This document shows positions 14,371 through 25,459 of a DNA stretch of 64,000 nucleotides, one piece after another (within the stretch, counting starts at the first letter, position 1; the number at the start of each line of letters is the position of its first letter). A model generated the notes under the pieces. That model saw only the letters and a program-made list of their open reading frames with translations, ran no database searches and was not told where the DNA came from. Origin of the DNA: the human T2T-CHM13v2.0 reference genome, Homo sapiens. The translations under genes and the position numbers were made by a program. Location: assembly GCF_009914755.1 (NCBI RefSeq), contig NC_060928.1, one strand, 5' to 3'.

Positions 14371-14376
14371 TTTATT
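14371..14376 (-). terminator. CXCL11 polyadenylation signal AATAAA
   Basis: tttatt on the plus strand about 1.1 kb past the stop codon. Confidence 0.8.
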
Positions 14377-15132
14377 AGAGAAAAAAATGACTTTGATTCT
14401 TTAAACTAGTCTTGAGTATACCTAAATTTTACAGTATATAGGCATGAACAAAGAAATTGATTAGATTATGTATTTTTCTAAGAGACAGAATTACAAAAAG
14501 TAAAAGTGATTGCTAGGTATACATTTGCTTATTTTTCAACATTTTTCTTTGGTAGACAAAAACATTTTGTATTTCAGATGTGTCCAAGATATTGCTATCA
14601 TTTATACAAACGGATCAAAACAAAAAGTACAGTAAACACACATATCCTAATTGCTTCAAAACATCTCAATGAATAAAAGTTGAAAAACATCAAATTAAGA
14701 CTGGTGCTACTAATTTGGTTATGAAATATGTGCACTTTTGCCAGTATCCCATAGCGTATAATTTTTTTCATAGTACATTTTATGAATTACATTTAATGAA
14801 TTGGTTATAAAACAAACCAAATGATGCATAAGAATGTCTCCCTACATATTGATGTGCTACATGATGTTTGGGGAAAGAAGTGTGTATTTGCATGAAAAAA
14901 TGTTTGAGGAATGTTTTACGACACATAGATGCTTTTGACTTATAAGGGCTTGACTCCAGTAATAATGTCAATGTCTCCACCGTAACCACAGATAGTAATA
15001 TAGCATAAAGATCAATACAGACAGATGACTTCTAGAGACAGAAATGTTCTCATAGTCACAACAGAATAGTTGTAAGCATCAAATCTAGAAGGTTCTCTAG
15101 CCTAGAAATGCATGAATGTATAATGCAACAAG

Positions 15133-15321
15133 TAAGAACGTGAAAGCACTTTGTAAACTCCGATGGTAACCAGCCTTTCTTAAGGTAGCTTTTCCTAGAA
15201 ATCCATTTAATTGTTGGACTCCTTTGGGCAGTGGAATTCTGATTGTCATTCATTCAGGAAGACTGTATTTCTGTTTTTGGTCCTTTCACCCACCTTTCAT
15301 CCTTCACATAACTGTACAAAA
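15133..15321. repeat. Copy A (CXCL11 3' UTR) of a ~189 bp direct repeat
   Basis: Aligns by eye to 16905-17092 with about 12 substitutions and 1 indel. Confidence 0.95.
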
Positions 15322-15453
15322 GTTGAAAGTCACAAAACCATAGAAAAGTCTCAGTTTCCTACTGTAGAATTCTTGTCATTTCAGTAGTCACAGTTAAACT
15401 TGTTCTAGGTTTTTCAGATGCTCTTTTCCAGGACTTCATATGTTTTGATATTT

Positions 15454-15477
15454 TTAAAAATTCTTTCTTTCAACTTT
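15454..15477 (-). CDS. CXCL11: CXCL11 exon 4 coding part
   Basis: Acceptor TTATTCCAG; KVERKNF then TAA at 15456-15454. Confidence 0.97.
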   Translation of the reverse strand, partial: KVERKNF

Positions 15478-15707
15478 CTGGAATAAGAAAACAAGAGTTT
15501 TATTTACTTGGGCTGTTCTTGTTTCCCCCAGGACATCTAAAAACATGTAGTAAGAAGGGGAAGCTGTTACAACCAAGGACCCCTTAACAGAATATTTCAC
15601 ACAGGATCATAGCAGAATCTTTCTGTAGTTGTCCACATTATTTTCTTTTTCAAAAGATCTGTCTTGGATAAAACAGATTATAACATGGGAGTAATTTGGT
15701 AACTTAC

Positions 15708-15780
15708 TTTGATTATAAGCCTTGCTTGCTTCGATTTGGGATTTAGGCATCGTTGTCCTTTATTTTCTTTCAGGGTAATA
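15708..15780 (-). CDS. CXCL11: CXCL11 exon 3
   Basis: Acceptor TTTTAACAG; ITLKENKGQRCLNPKSKQARLIIK; donor GTAAGT; 73 nt. Confidence 0.98.
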
Positions 15781-15876
15781 CTGTTAAAAGAACATACAAG
15801 AGTCTTAAAGTTTAGATGCAAATACATAAACAAAAAAGCCTGCACCATTGTCATCTTCAGCAAGTTCATTACTTAC

Positions 15877-16003
15877 ATCACTTCTATTTTGTCACAGTTG
15901 TTACTTGGGTACATTATGGAGGCTTTCTCAATATCTGCCACTTTCACTGCTTTTACCCCAGGGCCTATGCAAAGACAGCGTCCTCTTTTGAACATGGGGA
16001 AGC
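15877..16003 (-). CDS. CXCL11: CXCL11 exon 2 (CXC motif)
   Basis: Acceptor TATTCTAG; [41 protein letters not shown]; donor GTAAGT; 127 nt. Confidence 0.98.
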
Positions 16004-16587
16004 CTAGAATAGATCATAGCATTAGTTAGTAATGCATCTGATTGCAACAGATGGCTGTGGTTTATAGCTGGTGGTGAACGTGAGCAGAATTTTCATTAAG
16101 GGTAAAGATAGTAATTTGTCAAATAGCACTTAACACAACTGTTACTGGGAAAAGTTAAGTAAGATGTTGATTATTTTCTCATTAAATTAGTAAGCAAATC
16201 GCTAACAAATGGGAAGCATGAAGGAAGTTTATTGGAGGTGAAGCTTGTTTTGCCCCCTTGATTTTATCCTCAAATATTTTCCCAGGAAGCTTGTTAACAT
16301 GATCGCTATATAAAATCTTCTTAACAGACATTTAAAACTGTTGCTAAAGGCTTTTGCCAGATATTCTAGCCAAATCAAAAATTCCATGAAGTTCATAATT
16401 TCTAGTTTCAATAATCATCTCTAGTATCTTAAACATGTCCACCATTTCTGTGCTAAAGCTGTAGTAACTTCTAATCTGTGAGATTAAATAAAACTTTATC
16501 ATGTCTTTTAGGATAAAAGTGGAAGAAAAGACATTTGAAACATTAGAAAAGGAACTTATAGGTTGAGAAATAAAAATTACTGCATAC

Positions 16588-16648
16588 CTTGAACAACTGT
16601 AGCACACAATATCACAGCCAAGGCTATAGCCATGCCCTTCACACTCAT
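16588..16648 (-). CDS. CXCL11: CXCL11 exon 1 coding part (signal peptide)
   Basis: ATG at 16648-16646; MSVKGMAIALAVILCATVVQ(G); donor AAG|GTATGC. Confidence 0.98.
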
Positions 16649-16754
16649 GTTTGTTTTTTGCTGTTGCTGCTGGTGCTGCTGCTGCTACTTCAGCTTTGCT
16701 GCTCTTCTTGGAAGGAGTAGAAATGCTGAACATGAAAGGAAATTGATAATTGGC

Positions 16755-16971
16755 ATATATAGAGCATTTTATACACCAGCAATCCTTTTATGGCACAGGA
16801 ATTTCCCTCTTTGAGTCATGCACCTTTCCTGCTTCCAAGAGTTTCTGTTTTGTTCTCTTCTAAATGTTACTGTCCCTTCCTATTTGCAGTAGTGTTGAAA
16901 GTGATAAGAATGTGAAAGCACTGTGAAAACCCAGATGGTAACCAGCCTTCTTAAGGTAGCTTTTCCTAGAA
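16755..16971 (-). promoter_or_regulatory. CXCL11 proximal promoter: TATA boxes, kB, AP-1, ISRE-like, GAS
   Basis: TATAAAA 16773-16767 and a second TATATA-type box at ~16760-16755; GGGAAATTCC 16807-16798; TGAGTCA 16812-16818; ISRE-like agtttctgtttt 16840-16851; GAS TTCCTAGAA 16963-16971. Confidence 0.85.
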
Positions 16972-17092
16972 ATCCATTTAATTGTCGGACTACTTTGGGC
17001 AGCGGAATTCTGATTGTCATTCATTCAGGAAGACTGTGTTTCTGTTTTTGGTCCTTTCACCCACCCTTCATCCTTCACATATCTATACAAAA
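16905..17092. repeat. Copy B (CXCL11 promoter) of a ~189 bp direct repeat
   Basis: Aligns to 15133-15321 in the same orientation. Confidence 0.95.
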
Positions 17093-17300
17093 TAATATTC
17101 TGAAAAGCTTTTTTTTATTATCTCACTTTTGCTTTTCAGTCCAAACTCTTATAATAGATAAGGCCTATATTATTTGACACCAGATGACCTTTATTCAATT
17201 TCATATTTTTACCTGTAAATGAGTGCCTAAAGAAGTTTCCCTGTGTTTCTGTATTTATGTCCATATTGTTTTGCATTTTCAACAATTTTTACTTTATATA

Positions 17301-17761
17301 TTTTATTTTGTTTTGCTTTATTTTATTTTTAAATTTAATTTAATTTTATTACTTTATTTTATATTTATTTTATTCTGCAAAGCTTTCATTATAGGCAGAT
17401 GGCAGGGGGCTCAGTCCTTCTTGGCAGCTGCTTTCCTCATGGCAGCCAGGACGTTGCTCAGCTCCTCCTGCCTTCTCTTGGTGCAGATGTTTGTCCCTAC
17501 CCTTTTCTTGATGAATTTGAGGGCCTGTTTGACCTTGGAGACCTTCAGTAACTCCATGCCACGCCACTCGTTAGGGGTGAAGCCACACACCTCTGGGATC
17601 ATGTCCCACACAAATTTAGTGAGTTTGGTCAGGCGCCCACAGTGGCTGTGCCTGGGCTTGCTCACATTCTTGGTCACCTTGTGGCCCTTGTTGAGGCCCA
17701 CAGCTATAGGGTAGTGCAGTGTCATGGCTGCTGCCCTCCAATGGTGGCCATGGTGGAAAGC
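17301..17761 (-). pseudogene. RPL36P8: Processed RPL36 (60S ribosomal protein L36) pseudogene, probably RPL36P8; ORF 17725-17411 still open
   Basis: Intronless [26 protein letters not shown]...[10 protein letters not shown] resembles RPL36 with many substitutions. RPL36-like 5' UTR, decayed poly(A) (T-rich 17301-17375) and flanking TACTTTATATA repeat at 17290-17300 and 17762-17772 (TSD). The P8 number is from memory. Confidence 0.92.
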
Positions 17762-18129
17762 TACTTTATATATATTTTAGCACTGTTACTTAGTACATGA
17801 AGTTGTATGAGTTGTATTAGGGATCATAAAAAAAAGTGATCCTCTTTGCTCATGTGATAGTTTTACCTCTGAGATTCTACTTTGATGTAATTCCTATTTT
17901 TTTGTCTTTATCTTTTCCTCTTAAGCTTCCTAAATCTTTGTTTTAAGTGTGTCACTTGTAGATGTTTAAGAAAATCATATCAAAGGAGCTTTCTAATGGG
18001 TAAGCTTAATAAAATATATTTACTGTATAACTGGTAATCTGTAATTTTTAAAATGCTTCCTTGCTGATTCTTTATGTTTTCTTTGATTTCTTTCTAACTT
18101 TAAATATATTTTATTTAACTTTTTGAAGC

Positions 18130-18293
18130 CATTTTTGTTTTTTTTAATGAGATGGGTCTCACTCTGTCACCATTCTGGAGTCGAGTGGCACAATCATAGC
18201 TCACTGCAGCCATGAACTCCAGGCCTCAAGCAATCCTCCTGCCTTGGTCTCCCAAAGTGCTAGGATTACTGGGATGAGCCACGGTGCTTGGCC
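18130..18293 (-). mobile_element. Alu monomer
   Basis: ggtctcactctgtcacc...ctcccaaagtgctaggatta. Confidence 0.75.
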
Positions 18294-18686
18294 TTCCTTA
18301 AGTAATTTGAAAGGAATACATTGTTTTACATTTTGATATTAATTCTTAAAATTCTTTAAAAAGATTTTTACCTGAATTTTTCTAATTATTTACATCAACC
18401 ATCAATAATATTTTTTTAGCTCCTGTCTTTGTAACATGAGAAAATCACTGTAACTTTCTTTCAAGAATTTTCTCCTATTTCCTAGTTTTACCAATAAAAG
18501 TTGGTATAATCGGGGAATTTATAGCCAGTTTATTACTTTTAGATTATTATTTTATCTTATTCAACTTCTTTTTTTGAGAATTATCATTTGCATTTTATCT
18601 TGAAATTATATATTTATTTAGATATAATCCTGCATTTAAATTCTTTAACAACCATGACTAGTCTTTAAAACCTTTGAAAGTCTTTA

Positions 18687-19100
18687 CAGTAGTCCCCCAT
18701 TAAATGAGAAATTCTAGAAATAATTCATAAGTTTTAAATTGTGCACTTTTCTGAGTAGCATGATGAAATCTCACATCATCTTGCTCCATCACTTCATCCC
18801 ATCACATAGACATTTTATCATTTCACAGCATCACTAGAAGAGTGAGTATAGTACAATAAGATATTTGAAGAGAGAGAGACTACACAGTCACTTAACTTTT
18901 ATTACAGAATATTGTTGTAATTATTCTATATATTAATGTTGATGCTCTTACTGTGGCTAATTTATAAATCAAACTTTTTTATAGGTATATATGTACAGGA
19001 AAAAATACAATATATACAGGGCTCAGTACTATCTGCAGTTTCAGGCACTCATTGGGGGTCTTGGAACATATCCCCCAAGGATAAGGTGAGGGGGCTACTG
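18687..19100 (+). mobile_element. MER44-like (TcMar-Tigger) DNA transposon fossil; second terminal fragment at ~20575-20631
   Basis: TA|CAGTAGTCCCCC ... GGGGGCTACTG|TA terminal inverted repeats with TA TSD. Confidence 0.8.
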
Positions 19101-19356
19101 TATTTTAATTAATTTCCAAGTAGCTGGAATATTCTTTCCTTCTTTTCCATTAATTCATTTAACATATGTAAAGAAAGACTAATTTTCCCTCAGGAATATG
19201 GGTAAAGTAAAAGGAATGTGTTCTTGGAGCTCATAAATCCTTATCTGTTATTATTTTTTAATGTTGCTTTTCATTTTCTCAGCATTAGAAACACAGTAGA
19301 GCATAGTTGTTAATAGGGAAGGCTCTAGAGTCAGCCTGTGTTCAAATCCACCCTTG

Positions 19357-19699
<343 letters not shown>

Positions 19700-19724
19700 T
19701 GAACAAGTTACCTCAACTTTTTGA

Positions 19725-20010
<286 letters not shown>

Positions 20011-20702
20011 TAGGTATTAAAAGAGGTAATGCATATTAATCATTTAGAAAAATATGTAGCACTCAAAATGTATTAACTGCTATTATTATTATCAGTGTCC
20101 TTTCCTGAATTGGCATACCACATCTAGCTTGTTTTCAGCTGTTTTTCAGCATTAACACAAACACAACCACTTAATAAAAGATGAGTTGACATTGTTATAG
20201 CATATAAAAATATTTTAAATTATAATAACCATGAATATAAAAATAGCATACTAATCATAAAAATCACTTACAGAAAGTGCATGAATGCAATAGCATAGTT
20301 CAAATAATATAGACAAACAATAGTGAATATTTCTGCTTACTAGCTAAAGTGTTGTCATATAGCTTTGGTGTAAGACAATTTCTTAAATAGGGATTCTTAA
20401 TTTTTTTAAAAAGACCCTGGAAATTATTAAACATATTTTTACATTATACTATTTTAAATAGAAAATAGACATAATTCAAATTTACATAAAACAAGACTAA
20501 ACTCTTCCTTTTGCCTTCATGTGTGAATTACTACTTAGCTGTGTAGAAAAACTGTGGATCACAATTTTCTCCTTCAGTACTCTGCTGGGAGTCTTGGAAT
20601 GTATCCCCCAAGGATAACAAGGGGACTACTGTATTTTATTTTCTATTGTTTTATTTTCTTCCTTACTGCAAAGGTAATATCTGATATTTTAAAAAAACAT
20701 TA

Positions 20703-21032
<330 letters not shown>

Positions 21033-21096
21033 TTACCACCAGAGATGACCACTGCTTTAGTTTTCTTCCCTCTGGATGGATACGCACATACACTGG

Positions 21097-21098
<2 letters not shown>

Positions 21099-21143
<45 letters not shown>
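21099..21143. repeat. (CA)n microsatellite, ~22 units
   Basis: Uninterrupted AC run. Confidence 0.97.
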
Positions 21144-21144
<1 letters not shown>

Positions 21145-22154
21145 TTCGCCTAACAAGTTCTATATCAGACTATATCAGGTTCTCCCCCCCGCCCCCTCCA
21201 TGTGTCAGGGACTATATAGATACTTCAGAAGGAGACAGAGGAGAAGACAGGGAGAAAAAAAAATTCTTCCTTTTCCTCTGTGAGGAAGACTACTGCATAA
21301 TCTTCCTCACGGAGGCTGCTGCTTGTGTATGACCCTAGAGGAGGGGGCTATCCCTCCCCCATGTAGACACATCTTTGTCTGCTTTTCCTCAGAGCTAAAT
21401 CACAGTTTGAAAACTGAGGGAGGTTTATTTAGTTCTTCACTTCTTCAGGTGATAGATCCAAAATTATGCAGAGTAAGGAGAGGGATTGGTTTTGTGCTGT
21501 AACCTTTTCACTTCATCTCCTTGAACCACAAAATAAGCCTAATTAGGCTTTAGCAGGTGCTAATGTGGATACTCTCTCCTTCTATAACACTCTCTCCCTC
21601 TTTACTGCTCTTCCTCCCAGTGTTCCTGCCTTAGAGTGTCCTGGAAAGCACTACCCTTTTCTATAGTAGTTCATTTATTCATTTACTCATTCATTCAGCA
21701 AATGTTTATTTTAGATGTCTGTCACATGTCTGGCACTCTTTTGGGTATTAGAGATAGAACAGTGAACAAAACTCACCAAGTCCTTTCCGTGTGTTCCAAA
21801 TTTCAAACTTTCTGCCTTATTGTAGAAGTTAGTCTGCCTGATTTCTGCTGGCTTTGTAGATGTGTGGGGTCAGACGTGTCTTCAGGATTGTGACTTGTTC
21901 TGGCTCTATACTCTCTGACATCACATGAGGAAGATTACCTTCTTTCACAGCATCCCCTCATCTGGTGAGCCTGAGAGATCCCTATTTTTTATATTTGTAT
22001 AATATGGTTTTTCTAGCATGAAAATGCACTTTCCTCTCCTCTTTTGAATCCTTTCCTTCGTTTAAGTCTTGATGTCTTCATGAAGCCTTTTTCATTATAT
22101 CGTGGTATCTTCTTGACCTTTATACTTTGTAGAACTTACTGTCTTTTCTAACTT

Positions 22155-22427
22155 TATCCAGTAGAAATACAGTGCAAGGCATGGACATAATTTTAAATAT
22201 TCCAATAGCCACATTTAGAAAGTAAAAAGAAACAGATGAAATTAATTTAAATATATTTTCTTTAATTAAGCATGAAAATATATTATTTCAATGTGTAATC
22301 AATGTGGATATAAAAATGTTAAATGAAATATTTTACCTTTTATTACTAAGTCTTCAAATTGAACTAGCTACATTTCAAATGCTTGATAATAACATGTGTT
22401 TAGTGGCTACCATATTGGACAGTGAAG
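22155..22427. mobile_element. MER33/MER3-like hAT-Charlie fossil
   Basis: tatccagtagaaat...tagccacatt...gtggctaccatattggacagtg. Confidence 0.65.
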
Positions 22428-23194
22428 GTCTAGTTATTCATTTGGCATGTATTATATACTGACTCCATACTTATTTTAAACTAAAGCTGAGGTTGGAGAG
22501 GCAGATAGATAACTGTCAAACTCCTGTAAATTTCCCTAGTTGTTTTCTTCTTTCTCTAAGTCATTATATCTCATTGCTCTTTTTCTTTGATTAAATGCAA
22601 AAAAGATCAGATACATTCTCTGTGTTCTTAGCAGTGTTGGCCTTTTTTATTGTTTCCAGAATTGGACTACTTTATTTTATTTTCCCAGGTTCACCCACTT
22701 AAATAAGTTTTGCTTTTAATTTAAAGACATAGGAGCATCCCAGGAAATGATGGAATCTAGTTTCCATAAGTAATCACCTTTTCAGCTTAAAAAATCTGTA
22801 ATCTGTGCTTCATCTGAAATTTTATTAATGCTGCTAAGTTAGCCAATTAATGTAGAATTTTAAAATGTTTCCAAGTTAAAAGAGATTAATGTAAGCTATT
22901 TAAAAATAATTTCCAACTCACCATTCACCAGGTCTCTGAATAATATATTGCCTGACAAAAGAAAAAAGGTAGTATCAAGGATATTTTATTCAGTTAAGTT
23001 AGTGAAAAGTGGGTTAGAAATGAAAACTAATGTTTCCATTTATTATAAATAAGTATGACTTAAAAGAATCCTGTTTTGAGTGTTAGAAGACAGATGACTC
23101 ACTCCTAGGGAAGAGGTTGCCAGGCATGTAATAGACACCTGAAATAATATAGATAGACTGAACAGATTAATGTAGAATCCTAAACTCTTAAAAG

Positions 23195-24513
23195 TGTGTC
23201 CAGAATTGGTGGGTTCTTGGTCTCGCTGACTTCAAGAATGAAGCCACGGACCCTCGCGGTGAGTGTTACAGCTCTTAAGGTGGCGCGTCTGGAGTTTGTT
23301 CCTTCTGATGTTCGGATGTGTTCGGAGTTTGTTCCTTCTGGTGGGTTCGTGGTCTCGCTGGCTCAGGAGTGAAGCTGCAGACTTTCGCGGTGAGTGTTAC
23401 AGCTCATAAAAGCAGTGTGGACCCAAAGAGTGAGCAGCAGCAAGATTTATTGCAAAGAGTGAAAGAACAAAGCTTCCACAGTGTGGAAGGGGACCTGAGC
23501 GGGTTGCCACTGCTGGCTCGGGCAGCCTGCTTTTATTCTCTTATCTGGCCCCACCCACGTCCTGCTGATTGGTAGAGCCGAGTGGTCTGTTTTGACAGGG
23601 CGTGATTGGTGCGTTTACAATCCCTGAGCTAGACACAAAGGTTCTCCACATCCCCACCAGATTAGCTAGATACAGAGTGTCGACACAGAGGTTCTCCGGG
23701 GCCCCACCAGAATAGCTAGATACAGAGTGTCGATTGGTGCATTCACAAACCCTGAGCTAGACACAGGGTGCTGACTGGTGTATTTACAAACCTTGAGCTA
23801 GATACAGAGGGCTGATTGGTGTATTTACAATCCCTGAGCTAGACATAAAGGTTCTCCACGTCCCCACCAGACTCAGGAGCCCAGCTGGCTTCACGCAGTG
23901 GATCCCGCACCAGGGCTGCAGGTGGAGCTGCCTGCCAGTCCCGGTGCTGTGTGCCCACACTCCTCAGCCCTTGGGTGGTCAATGGGACTGGGCACCGTGG
24001 AGCAGGGGGTGGCACTCGTCAGGGAGGCTCGGGCCACACAGGAGCCCATGGAGGGGGTGGGAGGCTCAGGCATGGCGGGCTGCAGGTCCCGAGCCCTGCC
24101 CTGTAGGAAGGCAGCTAAGGCCCGATGAGAAATCGAGTGCAGTGCCAGCCCACTGGGGGACCCAGTACACCCTCCGCAGCTGCTGGCCTGGGTGCTAAGC
24201 CCCTCATTGCCCGGGGCCGGCAGGGCTGGCCAGCTGTTCCGAGTGCGGGGCCCACCAAGCCCACGCCCACCCAGAACTCCAGCTGGCCCACAAGCGCTGT
24301 GCGCAGCCCTGGTTCCCACTGGCGCCTGTCCCTCCACACCTCCCTGCAAGCTGAGCGAGCCAGCTCCGGCCTTGGCCAGCCCAGAAAGGGGCTCCCACAG
24401 TGCAGCAGTGGGCTGAAGGGCTCCTCAAGTGCCGCCAAAGTGGAAGCCCAGGCAGAGGAGGTACCAAGAGCAAGCGAGGGCTGTGAGGACTGCCAGCACA
24501 CTGTCACCTCTCA
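23195..24513 (-). mobile_element. 3' LTR (LTR12/LTR12C-like), 1319 bp
   Basis: GC-rich U3, tandem ~40-bp CCAAT/GATA-type repeats (23565-23880), TATA-like AATAAAA 23537-23531; preceded by the PPT AGAGGTGGGAT 24524-24514. Confidence 0.93.
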
Positions 24514-24570
24514 ATCCCACCTCTAAACAGGACACCCCAACTGCTGTTGGGAATTTGGCCGATGACCACT

Positions 24571-25215
24571 CTAGCTACTTCCTGCTGGATAGGGGTGAAG
24601 AAGGGGCCCTGCAGTTGTAGTGTCCTTCAGAGGGGAACTCTCTAGGCCAGGGGAAGTGCCAGCGGGTTGGTCCAGGGGTCCTTGGTAGAAGTTGTTAGTT
24701 GAACTCATTTGGGGTTCCATTTGTAAGACCATCTGTAGCTTGATGGCCTCGATTCTAGAGGAAACAAATTTGACAGGAAGGTTAAAAATACAGGGCCCAA
24801 AAGCGAGTAACAGCAAGATGGCTGCCATGGGACCTAGAAAGGGGAGAAGCCATGTTGCCCAACTCCAGAGATTGGTATAAGAATTTGAAAGGCGTTGTCT
24901 GATTTCAGAAGCCTTTTCCTGTAAACGCCGGGCGGCATCTCATACTATCCCCGACTGGTTAGTGTGAAAACCACATTCTTCCCCTAAGAAGGTGCAGAGT
25001 CCTCCTTTCTCAGCAGTGAGGAGGTCTAGGCCTTGGCGTTTTTGGAGAGTCACTGCTGCCAAAGAGTCTATTTGGGATTGTAAAGTAAGAATAGATTTCG
25101 TTATTTCTTGCAAACTGTCTGAGAGGCAGATATGGGTTGAAGATCCACATAAGTAGAATATGCCTTGGCTAGGAAGACAGAAATTTACCCTGGCTTTTAA
25201 AGGAAAAGGGTACAC
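24571..25215 (-). pseudogene. HERV9 env remnant (TM subunit)
   Basis: LQKRQGLDLLTAEKGGLCTFLGEEC (CKS-17-like immunosuppressive domain) and FGPCIFNL..FVSSRIEAIKLQMVLQ cytoplasmic tail. Confidence 0.9.
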
Positions 25216-25459
25216 TGTTTTTTCTTTACTACTTCCATCTCTTTCTTTCTCTCTTCAACTTCTTTGTCTCTTCCTCTCTTTTTAACTCTCTCTTTGACTT
25301 TCTGTGTCTGTCCCTCTTTCTGACTCCTTTTCTTTGTCTCTGTTTCTGACACCCTCTTTAACGTTCTGTCTCTCTGTCTCTTCCTCTCCCTGTCTCTTTC
25401 TCTGACTTTCTCTTTCTCTCTTTCCTTCTTGCTGGTCTTTCCCTACCTCTGCCAGCCGC

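Larger units (their letters stand above)
14350..16740 (-). other. CXCL11: CXCL11 transcription unit (4 exons; ends approximate)
   Basis: Exons splice into a 285-nt ORF (61+127+73+24) encoding [32 protein letters not shown]...KVERKNF, the CXCL11/I-TAC precursor. AATAAA at 14376-14371. Confidence 0.97.

Noticed and set aside
15678-16029. ORFs 15678-15869 (-) and 15709-16029 (+)
   Set aside because: The first is CXCL11 exon 3 read through its flanking introns. The second is the antisense shadow of exons 2-3.
21951-21964. Possible 14-nt plus-strand micro-exon (tctttcacag|catcccctcatctg|gtgagc)
   Set aside because: Splice-like signals only, with no frame or transcript support visible in the sequence.
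23565-23880. Regularly spaced ~40-bp repeats superficially like a CRISPR array
   Set aside because: This is eukaryotic DNA. They are the LTR12 U3 enhancer repeats, with no unique spacers and no cas genes.
23891-24620. Overlapping long ORFs (up to 196 aa) in both LTRs (also 31201-31877)
   Set aside because: GC-rich LTR12 U3 is poor in stop codons. The frames differ between the two LTR copies and show no protein motifs.
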